From Balanoglossus misakiensis (taxonomy: Eukaryota; Animalia; Hemichordata): DNA of 64,000 nucleotides. This document shows positions 39,191 through 49,980 of the stretch, piece by piece; the stretch's first letter is position 1; the number at the start of each line of letters is the position of its first letter. The position numbers and the translations under genes are program-made. The notes under the pieces were generated by a model, which did no database searches, had not been told where the DNA came from, and saw only the letters and a list, made by a program, of their open reading frames with translations. The stretch spans positions 7,890,468 to 7,954,467 of the forward strand of contig CM082596.2 in NCBI GenBank assembly GCA_040954595.2. Reading direction: 5' to 3'.

Positions 39191-42100
39191 TGATCCACGA
39201 TGTGAATTCAGGCACCAAGACGTAGACGTTTGGGGAGTTAGCCTCGCCGCATCCACCATATGTCCACGATGTGACTCCCCACAGCGTCCAGATGCCATTC
39301 TGGCTGCAAACCAAAGGTCCACCACTGTCACCAGGGCAGGTATCTGGCCGTCCTTTAATGTATCCAGCGCAAAGCATCTTATCGGTGACAGCACCATTAT
39401 AGATGGTTGGACTATTACAGACACTTGAATCTAATAGTGGAGCCGGTGTCTCTTGTAATATTGCTGGAAACTCAGATCCTACAAAAGAATATAATATGAT
39501 ATGATATGATATGATATGATATGATATGATATGATATGATATGATATGATATGATATGATATGATATGATATGATATGATATGATTGCTAATGAGTATAT
39601 ATCTATACTGTAGAGTGTAATATGGTTCGGGTCTTTAATTATTAACTATAAATATGCATAAACATAAGTAAATAACATATTCATCAACGAAATTCATAAT
39701 TTACAATGTGCACACACACGGTACCATACCTGTACGTCCCCACCCAGAGGTCCAGCATTCATGACCAACAGCAAACTGATCACTTCCTGTTGGCAGACAT
39801 GCTGCCGATACATACGAGTTGAATTTTAAGGCGGCTCCGCACTTTCGTCTGATCTTAATCAAGGCAATATCGTTTTCAGCCGTAGTAATATTAAATTCAC
39901 TATGTGTGTGAAGACATTCAATGTCGAATTCTTGTTCTGTTCCTTCATCCACTGTATTGTCGCGGTCACCAGCTCTCACTGTGTAGTCGTCTTTGCCATA
40001 CCTTTCGGCCGGAGAAAATGAGAACCAAATTAATCTGTGTATGCTTTTGTAAAATAGGATGACAATGTTATCAATGTGCGATATAATTATTTCCAAGTAA
40101 TTTACTATTTGCACTGTTATTCACACTGACAACAACTCATTTACGAAATGACCAACTGGTGGCCACATACTTTCTCGTCGTACGGCCAGGAAGAAAAAAT
40201 AAATTGTTCATCGGAATCGCCGCTTCTACTTTGGCTGATTTGGAATTTTTTTTGGATCTCGGCAAATATTCTACTTCCGCGTTACAAAATTCTTAGTACT
40301 GCAGCTGGTGGCCAGAATATGTTGTGCAAACACCAACTGTAAATGTAATGGCCTATGTTATTGTTGGGAAATATAGTATTGAATTCAGTTACAAGTACAT
40401 GTATCAGTGTTTTTGTCTGAGATATTTCTGGTAAAGAGGGAAACAATTATCTCGCCGTGTCTGCATCTGTGCAAATATGCCAGAGAACCGCATTTTCTTT
40501 CAGCCTAAAAAAAATAAAAATAAAAATATTCGCTCGCGGCTCCTGGAATCAGGTCCAAAAAATCCGATGAACAAGATTTTTTTTCCCTCTCTAGCCTAAC
40601 GCATTATGCCAGCGATTGCAATTAGCCAAAGGGACATACATGTACATACAAGACAGACAGACTGGTACTCACTGATACATAGACACTGGTACATCAGCCC
40701 CCATTCGTAAACGCGAAAACTAATAAAATGCAGGTTTAAAACCACTCGAAATCTTTCCGTTCTTGTCCCGTTTAGTCATCCATGCAGTGTCACCAGTTGT
40801 TTTGTTTTACCATTTTGATTTTAAAACAAAACTGCCATTTGAGCAAAATATTTTAGACATCTTTTGAAGTCTGTCCTACCTGTTAAAACAATGGGCAGCA
40901 GTGACCACGTAGTCTTCACTGATGATAGTTCCACCACAGTTGTGTCGAATTCCGGACACTGGTAGTACCTTCAACCTGAGTGCAATCTGCCATGGCCATT
41001 CCCCAGATTCGGCATCCGTTCCGCCGATAATACGCATTGATGGTCCATTTCTAAATTGACTACCCCTTACGCCACAAACGCTGGACTCTAGAATAGACAG
41101 ACTTACTTGAATGGGCCCGTTGTGGAGTCACTAAAAATGTGTGCAAAGCGGCAAACTACTGGGAAAAGTGTCGACTTGACAATTTTGACGATCACACCTA
41201 TGTGAACTTTGTGGTTTTCATATCCATATCTTGTTTACTGATCGTCGTCATTATCACCATATATACCGTCATCGACGTCGTCGTCGTCATACTAAGTCAT
41301 AATTTATTTATTTTTCTCTGTGACCCTTGTCACCGCACATTGGTCTTTCTATTGTTCGTTATAAACTATACCCATAGTGCTTAGTAGCCACATTGCCAGC
41401 CCAACTCCTAATTGCAACTCCCATACCTGCATATGTTCTGTCAGGAGCGACTTGCAGCTTCCCTGTCTTAACTGCGTCCATGATAACATCGACGTCGGTC
41501 TTATCCTGATTAGATGGATTCTCTGCCAGACACCTCCCTACTCCATTGTTATAGAGGTTCATCAGTCTCTCTGGTAGGGGGTGTACTACCGATCTCTCGT
41601 GTGCATCGCCGAAAGCTTTTGCTGTCTTGGCGTCGTATTCTTTGGTCACTCGATACATGGCCAGGGCGTGTTGAAATGCGTCCCCAGGTCCATTGTAAAG
41701 CTCTGACATATACAATCATGAAACAAGTCATTTCTATAAAGTCAGTCGTGTTTGATGATACTAGGCTTGGCAACTAGCTGACTGTCGTTATTATAAGATT
41801 ACATTCTACCCTTCTGTAGAATTACAACAACAACAGCTAATGGTATATTTTCACCAATGATTATAGCGATCGTACAAAGTGCAGTTGCCATTGCAAAGCA
41901 ACGGCCCACAAAACCCTAAAGGGATAAATATGATTAAAACCAACGATATACTTGTATTTTGCCTTCAATTGATTTTGAAAGAAAAACAATGCCTCACGTC
42001 ATCCATCTTACCTCCAGGGTCAAACCTTGCTTTCGCGTCAGCTCTTGCATTTTCAACGATTTCTTCGATTTGGTCAACCTCCCCAATTATGGCCATCATC

Positions 42101-42323
42101 GTTTCACTTATACCATTTGCGTCGAATTTCAACCTACTATAAGCTTCCGTTACCGATAGTTTTGAAGGTAGTGGTGTGGGACCTTATTGAAAAAAATATT
42201 TATATCAGAAATAAATGAGTCATACTGTATGTATGTAGCCTATGTATGTATGTATGTATGTAGCCTATGTATCTATGTATGTATGTATGTACATGTATGT
42301 ATGTATGTATGTATGTATGTATG

Positions 42324-42362
<39 letters not shown>

Positions 42363-44204
42363 ATGTATGTATGTATGTATGTATGTATGTATGTATGTAT
42401 GTATGTATGTATGTATGTATGTATGTATGTATGTATGTATGTATGTATGTATGTATGTATGTATGTATGTATGTACATCTATGTTAAAACAATTCGTTGC
42501 TTCAAATAAAATTAACCCTACTCACATCTGTAGTCAATACATTGAGAACATGAGCAGTGATCCGGAGTATTGTCACACCAGCCATAATTTGAACAACAAG
42601 GAGAGTTGCCATCAGGGTTACACTCTGCTGGGCTGCCATCAGGAAGGGGATTTTCTGGTCCACACCGATCATCAGCTCGCCATTTTTTACCTAATTTATA
42701 TTCAAAATGTATGCAAAGAAATACACACAATTGTTGTAAATGTGAATAAAAGATTACTTGCTTGAAATTAACAATATAAATTACCGTCTTTTTAGCTATT
42801 TCTGACGATTTTTTTTTTATTTACAAACATGATAATACAGAGAAGTTGTTAGAGCGAGTATTAACATTATTATTATTATTACTACAAGTTTATTCTATGG
42901 TTTAAAGAATTATATAAAAGTTATCGATCGCTGCTTCTCTGAAGCATTTTTCACAAAGACGAGAATAAAACAGCGATCTGTCTGTCTGTGTGTGTGTGTT
43001 TGTGTGTGTAATATATACAAATGTAAATGTTCTAACCGTTTGGTAGTCTGGTTCCCTGCCCCAATCCCTATAGCGTAGCGCAGCCAGCGGTGGGATTGGT
43101 GCAGGGAACCAGACTAGCTGAAATAGGTGATAACGCATACATTGGGAATTGCCTTAAAACAAATAGCGCCCTCACCAGGACAGATTTCATATTTAAATTA
43201 GGATCACGTTTACTGAAAAGGGTAAACATGATATTTGAAAAAAAAAAAACACTTTATAACACGAACAAGAAAATCGTGACACAGGTAACTATAATAATAA
43301 CGTCTCACATCTATCATTGTCCCTCTTCTTTCTGATCAAATTCTGAAGCGCTGTTTCCCGGTGAAGCACAGTTCCGTCTGATCCTCTGTCCGATGTGGCA
43401 CCCCTCTGTAAACAAGGAAGTGAAAAATATTCAAAAGGAGGTTACGGGGTAACATTTAACAATTAAAAGTTCTACAATTAAAAGTTCTATCCATATGAAA
43501 AGCAACAACAATCAAGATTGCATTACAATCTGAGAGTTATGTGTACACAAGACTCGTATAAATGATGAGTTGAATATTGAACTTGATTTTACGTTACTGG
43601 CCATAAAATATTTCGTCGAATGTCTAATCTGTCTACAAACCAAGTTGGGGTTTGTTCAGTTGAAATTTTACGTTACTGGCCATAAAATATTTCGTCGAAT
43701 GTCTAATCTGTCTACAAACCAAGTTGGGGTTTGTTCAGTTGACCTGTATTTAAGTATGCTTTATGTCAAACGACATACATTTTCATATCAAACCATAGTC
43801 ATCAAAATGCCACGGTCAAAAAGAGCCGATTTTGCCTCTTCAAACTGACAACTGTGCCATGGCCGCTCAACTCGTGCATGTGAAGTTGCAGTAGGCCTAC
43901 ATGTTTGTATATATTTTTACTATCATATCGGATCAGTCTCTTAGAGTGAATAATTATGGAAAAATATTAGTATTATTATTTACCAAAAGACAAAGTAGTT
44001 TCCAAAGAATGAAAGCGAATGGTACAGAAAAAGATATTCCTTTAAAACTAATGAAATAGAAAAAAAAAGCTATCAAACCAGGTACGTATTCCAACGGGAC
44101 ACTTTTCCGATTTTCTTATTTCCTGTTCGACCATGTTGACTGCATTGAGTTAGCGTTGCCACTGACAACGTCAGCGCAACAATCACCGGCACCCAGAAGC
44201 GCAT
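39162..44204 (-). CDS. Secreted multidomain protein: signal peptide, propeptide (RKKR), chitin-binding type-1-like module, DUF6973/min-Wnt-like domain, trypsin-fold S1A protease (543 aa)
   Basis: Exons (minus) 44079-44204, 43309-43405, 42526-42690, 42012-42182, 41427-41702, 40880-41087, 39730-40001, 39162-39478; 1632 nt in frame. Motifs: [17 protein letters not shown]; [38 protein letters not shown]; [26 protein letters not shown]; activation site R|IIGG; catalytic triad TAAHC, NDIAL, GDSGGP. Confidence 0.88.
39496..39585. repeat. (ATATG)n microsatellite
   Basis: Read directly; lies just upstream of the acceptor of the last protease exon. Confidence 0.95.
42227..42475. repeat. Compound (TATG)n/(TG)n microsatellite
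   Basis: Read directly. Confidence 0.95.
43045..43117. mobile_element. Short fold-back element TAGTCTGGTTCCCTGC...GCAGGGAACCAGACTA
   Basis: About 25-bp near-perfect inverted arms within an intron. Confidence 0.6.
43587..43742. repeat. 79-bp-period tandem duplication
   Basis: ttttacgttactggccataaaatatttcgtcgaatgtctaatctgtctacaaaccaagttggggtttgttcagttga occurs twice. Confidence 0.9.
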
Positions 44205-45153
44205 TTCTTCAACTTTTTCTTCTACCGTGCAAACGTTGGTTTTGAGAATCGCTGACTTGGTATTTGTCTCGTCTCCACCAAGCAGACAGATATATACTTG
44301 CAGAGAGATTGGTGCCTTCTAGAAAACAGCGGTCGAACAGAACAGCGTCGTCCAGTCGACGTATTTGTTCTTTTTTTCTATTGTGTAGACCATGAGTGTC
44401 ACCTGAGACGAATATACTTTGTAAGGTATACTAGTCCCAGGTGTCACTGACCCCTTTCTCTGCAAACGTCTGAGCACGAACCAAGGTGACTCACAAGCAA
44501 AGTTAACAGGGGGTTTCACATTGCTACAAGAACATGGGTAAGATGACATTTATAGTATATAGAACCTCTCCCAAGATATTGAAGTGAATTCCAGTAACTA
44601 TAAAATCAACGCAGCTGCATTCATACTACGTTTATTCACATAATTAAATCTTGAATATACATACTAGTATAAGACATATGTAGTACAAATCTCGCCGAAG
44701 CAGATAATTATACAGATCCAAGTCGACCATTGTCTTGTTTACGCGGCGTTTTGGCAGAATACAAAAAAGACACTCAATAGTATAATATTTAAAAAACAAA
44801 ATGAACGTTTACATAAATTCAAACCATCTTTAGAAACTTGAATTAAAGAAACAGCAAACCATTGTTGTAGTAAATCGAATCAATTTAACTAGTTATAGAG
44901 TTGCTAATCTTACATCATAGAACAATAACCTACTCTGAAAATCTGAAATGGGAAAGTCGCAATTTGTTCGCAGATAACAAGGCTACTCTTTGCGGTTATA
45001 CAATCATATTTAGTGAGATATTCAAAACTTACTACTATTATGATCTAAGTCTTTGTAACATTGACATTTCTATTGAAATGCAGTAGCGGAAACAAAACTT
45101 CAGACAAATGCTTCTGCCGGGCCCGGCGGACATTCATCGGACATACCCAAAAA

Positions 45154-47814
45154 CTAATCGAATTCAAACAACCTGTTATCTTTACATTCATACTTATGGC
45201 CCCAGTCCATGAAGTAACATTGCCCACCGCAGGTTGTCCCATTCCATATGTCAACGTGACCGGTTGCACCGCTGAAAGAGCACTCCTCAAATACGATTAT
45301 TCCTTTCTTGTTCTGAGAGAGAAAGAGAGAGGGCAGACAGACAGAGGGAGAGAGATGACCGCGTATTAATTACATGTAGGCCTAGTTATTGATGATCATA
45401 TCCTACACCATAATGGGTGTGACGTTATTCACATCACTTTACCTGTAGCAATACCTATGGTAGCGCGTGGATAATTTAAACCCAGCTAGAGTATCTGACT
45501 GCCAGGCAGACCCTCTAGCTAGGTTAGCTACAACCTCCGGAGAATGTGAAATGACCTGTACCGAAAGTAGAATTTCTGTCAAAACCAGCAGAGCATACTT
45601 ACCAGGAAGTTAGATTTTGTTTCTCCAGTCACAGTAGCTCCACCTCGTTTTTCTTCTAAGTAAGACCGTACCACCCTGACCCGCAAAATGTATCGCTCAC
45701 CGTCATCGTTCGTACACTTAGCCCAATCGTGCTTAGCCGGGTCAAAATAAATTCTGTGTCCTGCAAATGCACATGTTTACTTGTTTCAGAGATTGGTTGT
45801 TGTATTTGGGCGGGGTGGGGGAACAATTATGAAAACAGTCCAATGTCACGTGTACATGCATAATATTTTTAAAGTCAGAGAAGATATTTTTGGTGTCCGC
45901 CTGTTTTGGATAGGAAAGAACAGAACAATCTCAAACCCCAAAATCACACTCCACTTTATTCAAGTTTTGTTACGTTCTCAATTTTGAATATGTTCCACGG
46001 TGTGTTTATTTCACGGTTGCTCAGAACAGCAGTGGTGACGTCATTTCAGGGAGTTTCACGTCTGAGGGATTATTGAACTTTGATCATGTGATGTGGGGGG
46101 GGGGGGGTTGTACTCAGACTTACCAGAAGTGATGAGCGCCAGACTCACTCTTATGGCGCAGGCATTTGAACCTTCGTACTTTTTTGGCAGCTTGCAATGT
46201 TGGATTAAAGTTGGTGTAGTTGTTGAGTTATATTGATGGTACCGAGGATAATTGGACCACAGATCTGCGAAACTGGGCCACTTTTCTGCAAAATAATGAA
46301 AATATAGCAATTTAGATTTCGTACATTTTCAAAATCTTGGTTATGAACTACGCTGTTTCTGAGCAGTGAATCGAGGTGACCAGAAGCAAGCGAATGAGTA
46401 CAAGCAGGTTCAATTTACGAAACAGATTGCCGCAAATACTCCGAAGCACGCAGGTCGTGGAGATTTAGCCCGACCCACTTTCCCGCAATTAGCAACTCAG
46501 GTTGAACGCTTACTTTGTGTGTTTGTACGTCGTCTTGTCAACTCTCTATTGGGGAGAGAGCTGACCGTACAAAAGAGCGCAAACCGATCTAGAGTTGGGC
46601 TTCAGAATCAATTATAACACACCATGCAGCAAACCGTGATTCGTCAATACGCCGTCACGTGACCTTAGTCATTTCGAACTGTTCCCTAAGGCATCAGTTC
46701 GATCGGTTTCTGCCCGGTACTGTTGCCTGGATGTGGTGTGTGTCGTGTTTGGTGTGTTATAAAACACATGATGACTGACATATTCGGGCAACAGTGTATT
46801 TTTGATGACCTCGGGACTGCCAGTCACACCAAAACAGTCCGTTTTCCCTCGGGTTATGCCCTCGGGAAAACAAGACTGTTTTAGTTGTGACTAGCAGCGC
46901 CCTCAGTCATCAAAATACACTGTTGCCCTCGTTGTCAGTCATCATGTGTATAATATACGTACCAGCGTAGGACCTATCTGGGGCGACCTGCAACTTCCCT
47001 GTCTCCACTGCGTCCATGATAACATCGACGTCGGTCTTATCCTGATTAGATGGATTCTCTGCCAGACACCTCCCTACCCGATGATTGTATAGATCCATTA
47101 GGCGTTCTTCCAAAGGGTTTACGTACTGTCTCTCGTAGGCATCACCAACAGCTTTCGCTGTCATGGCGTTGTATTCCTTCGTCACTCGATACATGGCCAG
47201 GGCAACTCGAAATGCGTCCCCAGGTCCATTGTGGAGCTCTGTTCGATATTTACAAGAAAAATCATGTGCTATTTGAAATGCATGTGTATTATAAATGGTG
47301 TGTTTTAAAGGGACAAAGTCTGTCTCTGGCTGCCCCCTTTTTCCATTAATTCTGTTCGATAGTTCGCTGTATCTTCAATGTCTGGTCATTATATGAGTAA
47401 CTTTAATATTGATTTGGAGTAAGTATATTTAATATATGGTTTTCGACATAAAAAGAGAGACCTTACGCCTTTAACTTCACAAATCAAAGTCAGCTATCTT
47501 GTTCTAATGGTGTTTATTTGCAGTGCACTTATAGCCTTTCTAAGATGTAGACAATCACAGGAACTGAATTGTCACTTTTTTAACAATTGAAACGTTTTAA
47601 TTATTTTGAAAAAAAAAATGTCCAGTTTTCCCTACCTGTGCTGCCAAACCTTGCCTTTGCATCAGCAGTACTGTTGTTATTGATTTCATGCATAGTGGTA
47701 TTTGTCCAATAGAATAAAATGCTCAACAAAGTTAGTGATATACCTCGATGGTTGAATTTAAACCTATCATACGCTTTCATTTCCGTCAGATTTGATGGGA
47801 GAGGATTTGAGCCT

Positions 47815-47906
<92 letters not shown>

Positions 47907-47929
47907 AAGATAGATAGATAGATAGATAA

Positions 47930-48002
<73 letters not shown>

Positions 48003-48017
48003 CCGATATATAGACAA

Positions 48018-48060
<43 letters not shown>

Positions 48061-49261
48061 CATAGAGAGAGAGAGAGAGAGAGAGAGAGATGTTAACATT
48101 GAATCGCAAACCAAAACAAGCGTATACTCAAGTCACGCTACTTGCATGTATCTGCAGCTGAGTTGAACTTGTATTGATACCCATACATCGAGTGTTTTAA
48201 AACAACAGTGCCTCATCTCCCTTACGATATCCCAGGACAGCTTTTGTGTACAAATTTAAAAAAATATTGACGGTATAAAGGATAACTGATAAACTTTACA
48301 GTAAATTATCCTACCACAGCCTTTGTCTCTGTTATTTCCGATCAAATGCTGAAGCGCTGATCCCCTAGCCCTGCGAACCACATTTGCACTGTCCGGCTCC
48401 GCGCCCCTCTGTAAACAAGGAAGTTGACAAATCCCGGAAGGGGTGGGGGGGGGGTGTTCATGCATTTGGTATATTTTCAGTTCCAGGGATTACGAGGTTA
48501 TTTTTCAAATTAAATAACAGTATCCCGATTACTAATATATATCAACAGGGCCACCGCCAAATCCCCCAAAAGTTAGTTCCACCCTAGGTGGCGCAACAGT
48601 AAAAGTACATAGATCAAAACTGAATACTATGTACGTGATAGATAGTGAAATATAGTCACTTTGGAACAGTATTTTTGAAACAGTTGCGACGATTCGATCC
48701 GACTATAACGGAACTTGATCACGCAATGGTGTTAATTATTCAGCGTTGATGTCTCAGCAACAGCCGGAATAATATGCAACTATTTCAAAAATACTGTTCC
48801 AAAGTGACTACTATTTCACTATCTACTTTGATTCTTGGAACCATGAACAATATATTTTCCACGTGTACGTGATGTATGTGCGGTCATGTATTCAACCCGT
48901 ACACATACATGTACAGAGTGTATTTTGTATATGTTTTTCACTTTTATCATTTTGAATAAGCCAGGCAGGGTGAATAATTAAACAATAGGGACTACGGTTA
49001 AATTTATGAGGCAGTTGTTGTTTTTTGTTACCAAAAAGAATTCATCGCATTTCCTGGTTCATGGTACAGAAAAAAAAAGAAATTCCTCTAAAACTAATGA
49101 AATATAAAAAGTGATCAAACCAGGTACGTCTTCCAACGGGACACTTTTTCGATTTTCCTATTTGCTGTTAGATCACTACTCAGTCCATTTGTTTGTTGAG
49201 TTGTTGGTGTTGCCACTGACAACGTCAGCAAAACTATCAACGGTACCCAGCAGAAGCGCAT
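45154..49261 (-). CDS. dae4: Secreted multidomain protein: signal peptide, propeptide (RRAR), DUF6973/min-Wnt-like domain, Tae4-family (NlpC/P60) peptidoglycan amidase; domesticated amidase effector (dae4-like), 388 aa
   Basis: Exons (minus) 49121-49261, 48315-48408, 47636-47812, 46963-47238, 46124-46285, 45603-45760, 45154-45312; 1167 nt in frame. Tae4-like signatures [23 protein letters not shown] (Cys codon 46158-46160), [11 protein letters not shown] and [22 protein letters not shown] (His codon 45256-45258). Confidence 0.85.
46757..46953. mobile_element. Fold-back (palindromic) MITE-like element of about 200 bp
   Basis: Arms catgatgactgac..gggcaacagtgtattttt gatgac..gtcaca..aaaacagtc..gttttcc pair with ggaaaac..gactgtttt..tgtgac..gtcatcaaaatacactgttgccc..gtcagtcatcatg. 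Confidence 0.7.
47815..48088. repeat. Compound (GATA)n/(GACA)n/(GA)n microsatellite
   Basis: Read directly. Confidence 0.95.
48639..48825. mobile_element. MITE-like element with about 50-bp inverted arms
   Basis: tagatagtgaaata.tagtcactttggaacagtatttttgaaa.agttgc pairs with gcaactatttcaaaaatactgttccaaagtgactactatttcactatcta. Confidence 0.7.
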
Positions 49262-49798
49262 TTCTTCAACTTTTTGTTCTGTTTCAACTGGTATATCTGT
49301 GACTTGGTCAGTATTGTCTTGCCTCCACAAAACAGGTCGATATTTGCAAAGACTGGTCTCTGTAATCGAAGAGACTGATATAGAGTTGCCTTCCAGAAAA
49401 CAACTGTCGAACAGGACTACGTCAACCTCTGGTGTTAGTTCTTTATGTTGTCTATTGTGCAGACTCGTTTTTTTTAAAAACGTCTGCGCACGTAGGCCTA
49501 CCAAGTGACTCACAGGTCATAATACAGGGGGTGCCACATTGATTCGGGAACATGCGTAAATATGAATTTACCTATTGTAACTACGTCATTGTGTGGCCGC
49601 GATGTTTTGATTACGTCACTGTAACGTTGTCTTCATTTTTCTTTTCAGTCGTCAAAGTTGAGATTATCCACTTCTGGTGCGTGAAAATAATATGACTGGC
49701 ATCGTCACAGAAAAAAAGTCATGCGGCAACATACCGAAAATAATACGGTGTGCCATTTTGAGTTATGCTCCGCGTTAATTTTTCGCAAACAAAATTAA

Positions 49799-49980
49799 TT
49801 AAAGGTATACGGTCACCTATACAAATTTAGCCACAGTTACCATGGTAAATCGAGATCTAACCAATCACAGATTTTCAGTGGGTGGCACACGCGAAAATAA
49901 AGCGTTCTTTAGAACACTCAAATACGCCATTTCAACTATATATGGCGATATGTAAATTGGAGGTGACCGTATACCTTTAA
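49799..49980. mobile_element. MITE family D, intact copy
   Basis: TTAAAGGTATACGGTCACCT...AGGTGACCGTATACCTTTAA, a perfect 20-bp inverted repeat. Confidence 0.85.

Noticed and set aside
41427-41702. Calling the [11 protein letters not shown] exon a true Wnt ligand
   Set aside because: It lacks the Wnt cysteine-rich hairpins, the CKCHG.SG palmitoleoylation motif and the C-terminal domain; only the minimal helical core motif is shared.
42187-42765. ORFs with MYVC/HTYI repeats (also YLSI ORFs at 47767-48114)
   Set aside because: Translations of microsatellites.
43038-43118. Possible extra exon (ttcag|ctagtc...aaacg|gttaga, minus strand) in the protease gene
   Set aside because: It contains a stop codon in the required phase-1 frame and is a fold-back repeat.
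45154-47238. Bacterial contamination as the source of the Tae4/DUF6973-like sequence
   Set aside because: The domains are interrupted by GT-AG introns containing host-type repeats and are linked to eukaryotic signal-peptide exons.
39162-49261. A single giant gene containing both min-Wnt domains, the amidase and the protease
   Set aside because: The amidase frame ends in TAG at 45154-45156, and a second signal-peptide exon with its own ATG and paralogous upstream region starts at 44204.
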